Assembly: GCA_934274515.1 (NCBI GenBank)
Contig: CAKQTC010000012.1
Coordinates: 3,723 to 67,722, forward strand
Length of the DNA stretch: 64,000 nucleotides
Direction: 5' to 3'
From: an uncultured Clostridia bacterium
GTDB taxonomy: Bacteria > Bacillota > Clostridia > Christensenellales > DTU072
Position numbers and translations under genes: made by a program. Below, piece after piece: positions 36,701 to 46,464 of the stretch (position 1 is its first letter; each line of letters starts with the position of its first letter). The notes under the pieces were generated by a model. That model was given only the letters and a program-made list of their open reading frames with translations. It was not told the DNA's origin and made no database searches.

Positions 36701-39700
36701 CGGCGTTTTACGAAGTACCCGTATGGGCGTCCGAAATCGACAGATACGCGTTTTTCGGAAGTACGATAACGGGAATTAGATTTGCGGACGCAAGCGAGCA
36801 AAACGGGAAAAAGCCGATAATGTTTACCGAAGTAGGCGATTACGCGTTCGCCGAAACGGCGGCGACCGAGGCGTCGATATCCGCGCGCGTATATAAAATA
36901 GGCGCGGGAGCGTTTGCGAGGAGCAAACTGAACTCCGTTACCGTTGACGCGAAGTACGTCTACGCAAGCGAAATCAACTCCGCATATAACGTGCTTAACG
37001 CAAAGACGGGAAGCAATCTTCTCACGATAGGCGCGTACGCGTTCAAGCAAACCGCGATTAAGCGGTTTGCCGTTCCTTACAGAGTGACGGAACTCGGCGA
37101 CGGCGCATTGTCGGAATGTTATTCTCTGTCCGAGATTACGTTCGGCGAAGGCGCGAAGATAGACGGGGAAACGCTTACGTTGGGCGACGGATTGTTCCGT
37201 AACGACAACCTTATTTCGGCGGTCGTGTTGCCCGATAACGTCGTTGCCGTAGGCGCGTACGCTTTTTACGCCTGCGCCAACCTTGAAAAAGTGACGTTCG
37301 GGTTTGACGGGACGGAAAATCTTGCGATAGGCGATTATGCGTTTGCGAAAGCGCACTACCTGTACGAAATTACCTTCCCGTCCAACCTTGCTTCTCTCGG
37401 GAAAGGCGTTTTCGACGGGGATACGAGGCTTAAATACGTTAATTTCGCAACGAAAGCAAAAGACGGGATAGAACTCGAAATACCCGACTATGCGTTCGTC
37501 GGTATGCGAGAAATGGAAGAAATAACGTTGCCGTCGTACGTTACGAGAATCGGCGAAGGGGCGTTTAACGACACTTCATTAAGAAAAATAGAATTTTTAG
37601 GAGATAAAAACTCGCCGTCGCTCGTTATCGGGAAAGGGGCGTTTGCGAATTTAATCGCGCTTACGACGATTGATTTACCCGCCAATCTTACGGAAATCGG
37701 CGAAGAGGCTTTTTATAAGTCGAGTATTGCGCAGATTAACTACGGCGAAGGGAAAAAGGACGACAAAAACAACGAAGTAGGGCTTGCGCTCGGCAAAAAA
37801 GCGTTTTCGGAGACGCAAATAACCGAGTTTATCGCCACGGCGAGAATAACCGCGATAGGGGAAAGTTGTTTTGAAAACTGTTTGAATTTAGCGACCGTAG
37901 GCATAGGCACACACGTGACTGTACTCGGCGACAGGGCGTTTTACGGGAACACTGCGTTAACGACCGTCACGTTCGGCGAAAAAACGGTTCTCGGTACGAC
38001 GACGACGTGCAATCCGATAGAAGTTATCGGTAAAGAAAGTTTCTTTAAGACGGGAATAACCGCATTGAAACTGACTAGCGGAGACGGTCAAGACGGCATT
38101 AAGATAAAAGAGGACGCGTTTGCGTTCACCGCGCTGGAAAGCGTAGAGATAGGAGGAAAGGGAAAAGTCGAAATAGAAACGGGCGCGTTCCGCGAAACGA
38201 CCGCGCTTAACTCATTCAAAGCGGAAACGGACGATAAAATTACGGTCGGGAAGAGCGTGTTTTTCGCATGTCGGTCGCTTGTAAGTTTATCTCTTAAAGG
38301 CAGCGCAATCGAATTAACGTACGGATTTGCCGCAGGTGCAACCGAAATCGGCGACGGATTTGCGTTTGAAGAAACCGACGTCGGTAATAAAAACTACTTC
38401 TTTGACGCGAAAGAAAAAGTTTTGTTCGACAAAGATAAAACCGCGTTCGTTTATTACCCTGCCGGGAAGACGGGAGCGACGTTTACGCTTGACGAAAACG
38501 TCACGGAAATCAAACCGTACGCGTTTTACGGAGCGGACGGATTGACGGGTATTATCGTTAAAGGCGACGCTGTCGGCATAGGGGAAAACTGCTTTACGGA
38601 AACGGGAAGCAATCTTACGTTCTACGTTCCGTCGAATAGAGTCGCAGAGTATAAAAACGGTTGGAGAATAAGTAACGTCGCGGCTGACGAAACGGTGGCG
38701 GACGGGCTTGTGCTTTCCGTTCTTTCATCGGGCGAATACAGCGTGGTCGGGTATCTTGGAACGAGTAAGAAAGTAGAGATAAAAAGTCGCGTCACGGACG
38801 CAGACGGGAAAGAATACTTTATCGTGTCCGTCGGTAAAAACGCGTTCGGAAACAACTCGGTCATCACCGAGGTCGTCATCGAAGACGGGATAAAAACCAT
38901 AGAATCGTATGCGTTCGGAAACTGTACCGCACTTACCAAACTCACGATAGGCGAAAACGTGACGAGCATTAAAAACCACGCGTTTTTCGGCTGTTCTTCT
39001 CTTAAAGAAATAACGATAACGGAAGGCAGCAGCCTTATCGAAATAGGCAACTATGCGTTTGCCGGGAATGTAGCGATGGAAACGTTGAAATTGCCCGACG
39101 GCGTAGAAAAAATGGGTATTTTCGCGTTTGCCGGGGATACGAGCCTTAGAGATTTAACCATAGGGTACGGGCTTGAAGAAGTGGGCAACAACGCGTTTGA
39201 AAATTGTATTTCGCTCAATTATCTTACGTTGCCCGGAACGGTGAAGAAACTCGGTAGTTATGTGTTTACCGGGTGCGAAAATCTCGTGTACGTCGAATTT
39301 TCTGCGCAAAGCGTGTGTAAGATAGAAAGCAACACGTTTACGGGCGCGCCCGAAAGCGTTTATTTCTTCGTACCCGATACGTCGAGCGCAAGGCTGTATA
39401 AGACGGACGGGATATGGCGTAACCATATAAGCAAGATACTTTCCGCGGAGGAACGTTGCTCGGAGGCGGGGTTTGAAAATTACGTCGTTAAACTTGACGG
39501 AAACGACTACGTGCTTGTCGCGTATCTCGGCACGGAAGAAGAAGTCGTCGTGGAAAGCACGGTAAACGAGAACGTTAAAATAACCGTCGTAGGGGAGTAC
39601 GCGTTTGGTAAATTTACGAAGAAAATAACGATAAACGGCGGAGTCAAAGAAATAGCGGACAGGGCGTTTTATCAAACGGTTAACCTCGAAGAGATAACTT

Positions 39701-42036
39701 TGCCGGAAACCGTGGAAAAAATCGGTTCTTACGCGTTTGCGTATCTTAAAAACCTGAATAAGGTAGCCGTACTCGATGTAGACGGGAGTTCGGTTCTTTC
39801 GGAAATCGGTGCGTATGCATTTAGCGGATGCGGACGAGTAAGCGAATTTTATTTCCCTGCGTCGGTCAAGAAGATAGGCTCTTACGCGTTCGGCGCGACG
39901 GACGGCGGACTAAGCAAAGCGACGTTTGCCGGCGGCGCGGATAATACCGTCGAGATAGGGTCTTATGCGTTCAGCAACAACGCAAGACTTACCGACGTAA
40001 CGATTAACGCGCGAGTGAGCGCGTTGGGCGACGGAGCGTTCAACGGTTGCGTCAATTTGTCCGCGCTTTATTTGGGGTACAGCCCGAAAGACGTCAGAAA
40101 CGCCGTTGCGTCGGTGAGCGGCAAGGGAGTGTTCGGAGGATGCGAAAAACTCTCGGTGTTCGTCGCGACGGAAAACATCGCCAAAAAATATGCGGAAATA
40201 TGGGAAAACGCTTATGACAAGCATAAAATCTCGCCGGTGCAATACAAAGACGTCAACGGGTTCGTGTACGCGGTAACAAGCACGCAGAACAAGCAGGTGA
40301 CGGTAGTCAACTACGTCGGCAAGAACAAAGAAATAGTGTTCCCGACGGAAACGCAGATAGGCTCGGTTATCTATTCCGTAGCCCGTATCGGCAGAGCGAA
40401 ATACGACAATTCCGGGATTTCCGAAGGGTATGTAATTAACGACAACGTAAAAAAAGTCGTCGTACCGAAATCGGTTACGACGATAGGAGAAGACGCGTTC
40501 AAAAACAGCGAAAATCTTGAAGAGGTCGAACTTACGAGCGGACTTTTGACGATAGAAACGCGTGCGTTCGAGAACTGCAAAAAACTCACGAAGATAAAGA
40601 TACCCGCGTCGGTTAAGACGATAGAAACGTACGCTTTTGCCGGGTGCGAAAGTTTGAACGACGGATTTTCCTTTGCGGAAAACGCAATTGCGCCCGTTTC
40701 CGGGACGTTGATTATCGGCGGTTACGCGTTTAGCGGTTGCGTTTCGCTCGAAACGTTGTACGTTCCGAGCCACGTTGCGAACATCGGCGGATACCGTTCG
40801 GCAGCGACGAAGGATACGGGACACACGTTTGAAAACTGCATTTCGCTTAAAACGGTTACGTTCTCGAAAAACGCGCTTATTACTTCGGTCGAAGGATACG
40901 TGTTTGCGAACACGGCAATAAAGGAAATACAAATTCCCGCGTCGCTGGAAACGGTAGGCGACTATGCGTTTGCGAAAATGAATTCGCTTTTGAGAGTGGT
41001 AATCGCTCGCGCGCCGACGGGCGGTAGCGGAATAGGGAACATTACCTCGGCAGGGAACAACGTTTTCGACGACGTGGATAATCCGCATCTTAAAGTTTAC
41101 GTTCCCGAAGAAGTTTATGAAGTTTATGCCGCTTCGGGTTGGAAAACGAAAACCGTAATCAAAAACAAGGTAATTTCTACCGCAAACGGCGAATTTGCGT
41201 ACGAAACGAGAGATGCGTTTATTACATTGACCGATTATCGCGGAACGGACGAGATACTGACTATACCGACGAAAGCGGAGGTAAACAATTTGACTTATAC
41301 GGTTTCCGGACTAGGGAGATATTTTGCCAACCGCAACGTGAAAAAGATAAAATTCGCGACGGCGTCGCAATTAACCGAACTTGCGGCGTATGCGTTTGCG
41401 AACAGTACGGGATTGGAAGAAATCCGTATCCCCGACGGGGTAACGGTAATCGGGGAATACGCGTTTGCGAACTGCACCGCCCTTAGAGACGTTAAACTTC
41501 CGGAAGGGCTTACCGAAATAAAAGACTTTACGTTTACGCAGTGCGTCGCGCTTAGAGAGATAACCTTACCCGAAAAGGTGCAAGGCATAGGCGCGTCGGC
41601 GTTTTCCTACTGTACGGGGTTGAGCAGAGTAACGATTAAGTTCGGAGAAGACATAACGGTAGATAACGCGAGAAACGCAATCGGGAACTCTGCGTTTACC
41701 GAGGCAGGCAAGACGGCAGGCGGAATGACGATAATCGTACGCGACGACAAACTGACCGCGTTCCGCGCGTGGGATTCGGTAAAAGAGAAAATTTACGGCG
41801 CGAACAACGTCGTCGGGGATTATGTCGTTACGCTTAACGACAAAGGGAACGCGCTGATACTCGTACAGTATCTCGGAAAGGAAAAGGAAGTGGACTTGAC
41901 GACGCTTACGCTAAAAGGGCTTAAAATAGAGAGCATATCCGGCAACGCGGTATCCGACCCTAACGTTAAGTTTATCGTAGATAAAAAGATAAAGATACCC
42001 GACGACCTTAAAGACAGAGTCGTAATAAAAGAATAA
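33787..42036 (+). CDS. giant BspA-type leucine-rich-repeat surface lipoprotein (about 2,749 aa)
   Basis: Start set at the ATG at 33787 (ggagataaaacgATG), giving lipobox signal FAILLILVLGAVLLTAC; one Listeria-Bacteroides repeat (GCIFDGWY...YYAKW); dozens of IGDYAF.GC.SL LRR units. Confidence 0.8.
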   Translation: MTAKKRTGWKKFAILLILVLGAVLLTACFGTQVTIAFNSDGGSACETIIVTSEMTEITLPVPAKDGCIFDGWYANRSFTTPVPAVLSSDDIPTMSVTYYAKWSRKQITIKFAVEGEVIGTKIFDYDETVTEADCPSLDAYPDYAWEKFSFKANYDRQVDAKKVHNVDPEYTVAVYFPTDDGYVLASAVKGVKGTVVPDPGKPTYVGHENTAYFSHWALDEAGNRRIAELPTEIGDADVKIYAIFKDITDGSKFLFYEETADGKSVSVTGLTQIGKYQDTVSIPKLINGKPVVSVGDDGEKGSVGSKFLQTVVIPETVKEIKGYAFFGSESLKEVIFVGNALTSIGEGAFANCSSIVKLDLPNNVTSIGDYAFAALTESGITKLKNGETPDESETVSSLFSTLAVDKASKLSHIGDYAFYGCSKTETARFGTTMRDFNFLAFYGSGIREIDFYDGGLLKGIDGAVYSDSGEKLCYFPIKGDESYEMPQTVTEIAPYAFYRNEGIKKITVSSVLAKVGDYAFYGCASLTEANFASSSLVSVGDYAFYDCAALTRADFPTTLTATGASAFENCGSLKNVNFNGDKLKEIKTKTFYRCGELESAFVPADVKEIGDYAYAYCGSLNRLTFGRGSKLEVIGDYAFYGSPKITTTLIPGGTQRIGAYAFASENGKSQFELDTETNLTNLNEIGDYAFMNTSISSFTIAENVKNVIPSAGQTSVNKLGKYVFKNCTNLKQAYFTPTSEYVSISEGLFYGCASLGRIRFTNKIKEISDYAFYNCSSLKSVSDWQNVEKIGSEAFYGCVSLENNGGEERVLPRELVSLGERAFYNCKSLEIVNVSKGLVTIPEEAFSHCEKLETISYDADGALTTIGENAFSYCTSLKTATLPVKLAEREYAEYDEDGKVTNVVNDTTGLIKNPFYGCSSLTAYVFAGDTDGTLTAEDGVVYRSLSDDDANAGVLNGKKARAIYAYPTAKSTAFYEVPVWASEIDRYAFFGSTITGIRFADASEQNGKKPIMFTEVGDYAFAETAATEASISARVYKIGAGAFARSKLNSVTVDAKYVYASEINSAYNVLNAKTGSNLLTIGAYAFKQTAIKRFAVPYRVTELGDGALSECYSLSEITFGEGAKIDGETLTLGDGLFRNDNLISAVVLPDNVVAVGAYAFYACANLEKVTFGFDGTENLAIGDYAFAKAHYLYEITFPSNLASLGKGVFDGDTRLKYVNFATKAKDGIELEIPDYAFVGMREMEEITLPSYVTRIGEGAFNDTSLRKIEFLGDKNSPSLVIGKGAFANLIALTTIDLPANLTEIGEEAFYKSSIAQINYGEGKKDDKNNEVGLALGKKAFSETQITEFIATARITAIGESCFENCLNLATVGIGTHVTVLGDRAFYGNTALTTVTFGEKTVLGTTTTCNPIEVIGKESFFKTGITALKLTSGDGQDGIKIKEDAFAFTALESVEIGGKGKVEIETGAFRETTALNSFKAETDDKITVGKSVFFACRSLVSLSLKGSAIELTYGFAAGATEIGDGFAFEETDVGNKNYFFDAKEKVLFDKDKTAFVYYPAGKTGATFTLDENVTEIKPYAFYGADGLTGIIVKGDAVGIGENCFTETGSNLTFYVPSNRVAEYKNGWRISNVAADETVADGLVLSVLSSGEYSVVGYLGTSKKVEIKSRVTDADGKEYFIVSVGKNAFGNNSVITEVVIEDGIKTIESYAFGNCTALTKLTIGENVTSIKNHAFFGCSSLKEITITEGSSLIEIGNYAFAGNVAMETLKLPDGVEKMGIFAFAGDTSLRDLTIGYGLEEVGNNAFENCISLNYLTLPGTVKKLGSYVFTGCENLVYVEFSAQSVCKIESNTFTGAPESVYFFVPDTSSARLYKTDGIWRNHISKILSAEERCSEAGFENYVVKLDGNDYVLVAYLGTEEEVVVESTVNENVKITVVGEYAFGKFTKKITINGGVKEIADRAFYQTVNLEEITLPETVEKIGSYAFAYLKNLNKVAVLDVDGSSVLSEIGAYAFSGCGRVSEFYFPASVKKIGSYAFGATDGGLSKATFAGGADNTVEIGSYAFSNNARLTDVTINARVSALGDGAFNGCVNLSALYLGYSPKDVRNAVASVSGKGVFGGCEKLSVFVATENIAKKYAEIWENAYDKHKISPVQYKDVNGFVYAVTSTQNKQVTVVNYVGKNKEIVFPTETQIGSVIYSVARIGRAKYDNSGISEGYVINDNVKKVVVPKSVTTIGEDAFKNSENLEEVELTSGLLTIETRAFENCKKLTKIKIPASVKTIETYAFAGCESLNDGFSFAENAIAPVSGTLIIGGYAFSGCVSLETLYVPSHVANIGGYRSAATKDTGHTFENCISLKTVTFSKNALITSVEGYVFANTAIKEIQIPASLETVGDYAFAKMNSLLRVVIARAPTGGSGIGNITSAGNNVFDDVDNPHLKVYVPEEVYEVYAASGWKTKTVIKNKVISTANGEFAYETRDAFITLTDYRGTDEILTIPTKAEVNNLTYTVSGLGRYFANRNVKKIKFATASQLTELAAYAFANSTGLEEIRIPDGVTVIGEYAFANCTALRDVKLPEGLTEIKDFTFTQCVALREITLPEKVQGIGASAFSYCTGLSRVTIKFGEDITVDNARNAIGNSAFTEAGKTAGGMTIIVRDDKLTAFRAWDSVKEKIYGANNVVGDYVVTLNDKGNALILVQYLGKEKEVDLTTLTLKGLKIESISGNAVSDPNVKFIVDKKIKIPDDLKDRVVIKE

Positions 42037-42078
42037 TTCAGTCAAAATACCGGAAACGGCACAAAAGAGGTGAAATAA

Positions 42079-42618
42079 ATGGAATATTATACTGTTGACA
42101 TTGCCGGACGCAAGGAAGACTTGCCCGTCCTTACCATCGGAGAGAACCTGAGAATAGCGTTTTTCAATCTGCACGGAGCGCAGGATCTTACCGAATACTG
42201 CGGAAAGAAACTTGCCGAAAAGATTAGAGAAACGGGTGCGGAAGTGGTTCTTACCGCGGAGAGCAAAGGGTTGCAACTTGCGCATTGCGTTGCAAGAGAA
42301 CTCGGACACGAGTTTTACGCGGTTGCGAGAAAGTCGAAAAAACTGTATATGCAAGACGGGATAAGCGCGACGGTACATTCGATAACCACGGCAGGGGAAC
42401 AAACGCTGTATTTGTCCAAACACGACGCCGACCTTATAAAGAACAAGAAAGTAGCGATAGTGGACGACGTAATAAGTACGGGCGGAAGTTTGGAAGGGCT
42501 TGAAGAACTCGCGCGCAAAGAAAACAGCGAAGTGGTTGCAAAAGCGTTCGTTCTTGCCGAAGGCGACGCCGCGAAAAGGGAAGACGTCATCTTTTTAGGA
42601 ACTATTCCGCTGCTGTAA
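42079..42618 (+). CDS. phosphoribosyltransferase-family protein (purine PRTase-like)
   Basis: PRPP-binding motif KKVAIVDDVISTGGSL. Confidence 0.6.
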   Translation: MEYYTVDIAGRKEDLPVLTIGENLRIAFFNLHGAQDLTEYCGKKLAEKIRETGAEVVLTAESKGLQLAHCVARELGHEFYAVARKSKKLYMQDGISATVHSITTAGEQTLYLSKHDADLIKNKKVAIVDDVISTGGSLEGLEELARKENSEVVAKAFVLAEGDAAKREDVIFLGTIPLL

Positions 42619-42713
42619 AGGAAAGAAAACAGCAAAACGCAACAAAAACGAAATAAGAACGGACAATCTTGTTTTTCATTTAAGGAAATAAGATTAAGAT
42701 AGAGAAGTAACGA

Positions 42714-43481
42714 ATGAGCGTAAGCGTATATTCCCTCGGAAGCGGGTCGAAAGGCAACTGTTTCGTCCTGTCGAACGGGAAAACGAATATAATGATAGAC
42801 GCCGGACTAAGCGTAAGGGCGACGATAAGCAAACTCGCGGAAATTGGGTTAAGACTACAAGACGTGAGCGGAATTTTGCTTACGCACGAACACAACGACC
42901 ATATTCGGTGTCTTGCTAATTTAAGCACTTATTTGCCGATATATTCGCATGCGGACACGCTTGCCGCGGTGGAGAGTACGGACGGAATGAGATTTTCCGC
43001 GCTTAGTGCGGTAGAAAGGAAGTTTGTCGTCGGGGATTTTGAAATAACGCCTTTTGCGGTAAGTCACGACGCGGCGCATCCGTACGGATTTTTGCTTAAC
43101 GACGGCAACGAGAAAACGGCGTACCTTACCGATACCGGGTACGTCAGCAAAGGAGTAATGAAGACCATACGGGGGAGCGACGCGGTTATCGTAGAGAGCA
43201 ACCACGACAAAGAGTTACTTATGCGCGGCGGATATCCCGAACGGTTAAAGCGGCGTATTCTGTCGGACAAAGGACATTTAAGCAACGAAGAAACCGCGTG
43301 TTGCGTGTGCGATTTGGCGAAATGCGGTACGAAACGGGTTTTGCTTGCGCACGTTAGCGAAAACAACAACTTAGGCGAACTTGCGTACTGGACGACGGCG
43401 AAAATGCTATCTAAATGCGGTGCGCAAAAAGAAGACGTCACGGTTAAGGTGGCGGATCAAAGGGTTACGGTGATACTGTGA
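42714..43481 (+). CDS. MBL-fold metallo-hydrolase (WalJ/YycJ-like)
   Basis: SLGSGSKGNC...IDAGLS and LLTHEHNDHI motifs. Confidence 0.7.
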   Translation: MSVSVYSLGSGSKGNCFVLSNGKTNIMIDAGLSVRATISKLAEIGLRLQDVSGILLTHEHNDHIRCLANLSTYLPIYSHADTLAAVESTDGMRFSALSAVERKFVVGDFEITPFAVSHDAAHPYGFLLNDGNEKTAYLTDTGYVSKGVMKTIRGSDAVIVESNHDKELLMRGGYPERLKRRILSDKGHLSNEETACCVCDLAKCGTKRVLLAHVSENNNLGELAYWTTAKMLSKCGAQKEDVTVKVADQRVTVIL

Positions 43482-44356
43482 GTACAACGGAAAACGTAAG
43501 AAAAACCGACCAAAAGTTTGCGGTGACGTGTTACGCCGTCGCGGTGTGCATCAGCGCGATTGCGGGAGCAATAGTCGCGGCGATGGTCAAACAAGAAAGC
43601 CCGTCCTATATCTATTTGTCGTATTTATTGCCGCAAATAGGGTATATAGGCGTGTTTTTCGCGATGAAATACAAATACGAACGCACGGTGATAAAAGGGC
43701 TTGTGAGAAAGGACGCCGTAAAACCGAGCCATTATTTAATCGGCGCGCTTATTGCCGTAGGACTGCTGTTTATCGCGTTATTGCCAAACACGGGGGTTAG
43801 AAAACTATTCGAGTTAATGGGAATAAAGGCGAGCGTAGTCGTGCCGAAGATGAACGCCTGGTACGAATATTTGCTATGCGGCGTCGTGATTTGCGTTTTG
43901 CCCGCTATCGGGGAAGAACTCGTGTTCAGGAAAGCGTTTTGCGACGGAATGGAAGAAGTAGCGGATTACAAAACGATACTTTTGTGCGGACTTGCGTTTT
44001 CTTTGTCGCATCTTAACGCGGCGCAGACGGTGCATCAGTTCTTTTTAGGGTGCGTTTTGGCGACGGTTTACGTAAAAACGAAAAACGTCACCGTTACGAT
44101 GACGATGCATTTTATAAATAATTTTCTCGCGCTTTATCTCGAACGGATAACGGGCGCGGAAGTATGGAATAATATAACGGTACAAGGGATTTGTTTTGCC
44201 GTAGGCGCGATTGCCGTAGGCACGGGACTGTTCCTGTTACTTAAAAAAGGCGGATTAAACAACAAAAAACAAGGAAAAATCGAAGGTGTGACGACGTTAT
44301 TGCTCGCCGTGCTTGCCGTTGCGTGGGCAATCGTCTTCGGACTAAGTTTTAAGTAG
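43478..44356 (+). CDS. CPBP-family intramembrane glutamic endopeptidase
   Basis: Multi-TM protein with the EELVFRKAF, FSLSH and HFINNF motifs. Confidence 0.7.
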   Translation: MSTTENVRKTDQKFAVTCYAVAVCISAIAGAIVAAMVKQESPSYIYLSYLLPQIGYIGVFFAMKYKYERTVIKGLVRKDAVKPSHYLIGALIAVGLLFIALLPNTGVRKLFELMGIKASVVVPKMNAWYEYLLCGVVICVLPAIGEELVFRKAFCDGMEEVADYKTILLCGLAFSLSHLNAAQTVHQFFLGCVLATVYVKTKNVTVTMTMHFINNFLALYLERITGAEVWNNITVQGICFAVGAIAVGTGLFLLLKKGGLNNKKQGKIEGVTTLLLAVLAVAWAIVFGLSFK

Positions 44357-44374
44357 AAAAACTGCGGAGGATAT

Positions 44375-45391
44375 GTGACGAAAACTTTTAAGACTTGCGC
44401 GATATTCAGTATTACTACGGTTTGGCTCATACTTATGCGAGTTATCGTAGGCGAAGTCAATATGAGCGACAACGTTTCGGAATGGGTGTTTTCTTTCTGC
44501 GTACAGATAGTAGGAATGGGACTTATTCCGATATTGTTATATAAATTTTGGGTAAAAGACAGCATAAAAAGCGGGTTTGCGATTAATTTCAAAATAAACC
44601 CGATAATATGGTTGCTTGCGTTGGGAGTGGGAATAACTCTCCATTTTCTCATTCGCTCGGTTTCCGTGCTATGGCAAAGTATAGCGATGCTAATGGGCTT
44701 TACGCCGCCTAACTCCGCAGGAACGATTTACTCTTCGCCCGAAGTGCTTGTGCTGGGGATAATAACTTCCGCGATTTTGCCGGGCATTTGCGAAGAATTG
44801 ACGTACAGGGGACTTGCTAGACAGATGTTTGGCACCGTTAAGGACGAAAAAGTCGTGATTGTCTTGATGGGACTATTGTTCGGGCTGGGACATCAGTTCA
44901 TTTTGCAAACGGGTTATGCGTTCGTTGCGGGAATTGTTTTTGCGTATATAGCAATTAAGACGCGCAGCATAATTCCGGGAATGATAATACATTTTATAAA
45001 TAATTGCTGGGCAACGGTAAGCGAGTATGCGTCGCAAAAAGGCAACGGGTTTTACCAAATGGAAGAGGCGATAAACGGCGTGTTGTTCCGCTCGTACGGC
45101 TCGGTAATACTCACGCTTGCAATATCGGCGGTAGCGACGATAGGACTGCTGTACCTTATAAAGAAAGCGGCGGGAGAAGACAAAAAACCGTCGGAAACGG
45201 CGGACGGAACAACGTTTTTCTACCCGAATACAATGCAATATATCGACGAGTTGTTCGGTAAACCCGTAAGAACGGAAATAAAAGTCGTTCCTGAAACGGC
45301 GGCTTGGTACGAGTACGCATTTTTGTACGCGTCGATGGCGATAATGACCGTTACTACGATATTCACGTTCGTTTGGGGCGTGATGAGATGA
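44375..45391 (+). CDS. CPBP-family intramembrane glutamic endopeptidase (second copy)
   Basis: CEELTYRGL, FGLGH and HFINNC motifs; GTG start. Confidence 0.7.
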   Translation: MTKTFKTCAIFSITTVWLILMRVIVGEVNMSDNVSEWVFSFCVQIVGMGLIPILLYKFWVKDSIKSGFAINFKINPIIWLLALGVGITLHFLIRSVSVLWQSIAMLMGFTPPNSAGTIYSSPEVLVLGIITSAILPGICEELTYRGLARQMFGTVKDEKVVIVLMGLLFGLGHQFILQTGYAFVAGIVFAYIAIKTRSIIPGMIIHFINNCWATVSEYASQKGNGFYQMEEAINGVLFRSYGSVILTLAISAVATIGLLYLIKKAAGEDKKPSETADGTTFFYPNTMQYIDELFGKPVRTEIKVVPETAAWYEYAFLYASMAIMTVTTIFTFVWGVMR

Positions 45392-45828
45392 TAAAAGTCA
45401 ATCTCGTCGTTATCGGCAAACTCAAAGAAACCTTTTTTACCGAAGCGGTGAACGAATACGCAAAACGAATATCGAGATTCGCTTGCCTAAAAATAATCGA
45501 ACTTCCCGAACGTAAAACGCTTACGGAAGAAGGCGACGACGTGCTAAAAAAAGTAACGGGTTTGGTTGTGGTTTTCGACGTAAAAGGTGAAGAAGTCACC
45601 AGCGAAGGGCTGGCAAAACTCATAGAAAACGCGGCAATAAACGGAAAAAGCGAACTCACGTTCGTAATCGGTAGCAGCGAAGGACTTTCCGACAAGGTAA
45701 AAAATGCCGCCGATAAAAAAATATCCTTCGGCAGAGTAACCTATCCGCACCAACTTATGCGCGTGATCGCCTTAGAACAAATATATAGGGCGTTTACCAT
45801 CATAAACAACGTGACGTATCATAAATAA
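45388..45828 (+). CDS. rlmH: 23S rRNA (pseudouridine1915-N3)-methyltransferase
   Basis: Start set at the ATG at 45388 (ATGA overlap with the upstream stop); MIKVNLVVIGKLKE...FVIGSSEGLS...TYPHQLMRVIALEQIYRAF. Confidence 0.85.
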   Translation: MIKVNLVVIGKLKETFFTEAVNEYAKRISRFACLKIIELPERKTLTEEGDDVLKKVTGLVVVFDVKGEEVTSEGLAKLIENAAINGKSELTFVIGSSEGLSDKVKNAADKKISFGRVTYPHQLMRVIALEQIYRAFTIINNVTYHK

Positions 45829-45839
45829 AATAAGCGATA

Positions 45840-46290
45840 AACGCTATGCGAAGAGCCGACCAAACGTTATTAGGATAGCCGACCAAACGTTACACGGACG
45901 TTTAACGCAGTCGCGAATGCTTTGTGCGTATAAACGTTTAACCCGTGTAAGTCGGACTACCAAGGAAGTCAAGCGTACCGCTTGCCTTGCAAGCGAAGTC
46001 CGCAGGGGTTAAAACCCCTCGCTCGCTCCCCATAAGGGCGGCACTCACGGCGCATGTCCGCTCGTGCCGTTTGTCGATTAAACGTTATGCGAATAGCCGA
46101 CCAAACGTTATGCGGAAATTTACTCGCGGTCGAGAGAACTCGACGCGCGGATAAATTTTTAATCCGCATAAGTCGGACTACCAAGGAAGCAAAATGACGC
46201 ATTTTGCTTACCATATAGTTTGGCGAGGGAGATTCCCCCGCCGTCCCCCTACAAGGGCAAAAATTTCGGTACACGCCCGTAATTTTTGAG
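45840..46290. repeat. two tandem copies of a structured intergenic repeat unit of about 200-240 nt
   Basis: agccgaccaaacgtta occurs three times (about 45854, 45877, 46095). taagtcggactaccaaggaag occurs twice (45948-45968, 46169-46189). Each unit folds on itself. Confidence 0.6.
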
Positions 46291-46464
46291 AAAACGAACA
46301 TTAAAACGTGACGCTTTACGTTCCGTAAAACGCACTATGAAACCTTTCCACACCTTACCGTTCGTCATATTGAGCGAAGACGAAACGTCAAGGCGGAAGA
46401 GGAAATAATTGTTTTTGATTTACGAATTGTTCTTTTTGTGCGTTTCGGCGCATAGAATGAACTT

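Noticed and set aside
34978-41088. Several 140-390-aa minus-strand ORFs (34978-35925, 36238-37356, 39154-39675, 39910-41088)
   Set aside because: All are antisense to the continuous LRR lipoprotein ORF. Their translations are Arg/Phe/Val-rich nonsense with no RBS. The plus-strand reading frame shows a regular LRR periodicity that only a real gene would have.
45840-46301. Possible CRISPR array, or the 110-aa ORF (45969-46301, minus strand), in the repeat region
   Set aside because: The repeats are only two to three copies, of unequal spacing and with internal hairpins, and there are no cas genes nearby. The ORF has no RBS and simply spans the repeats.
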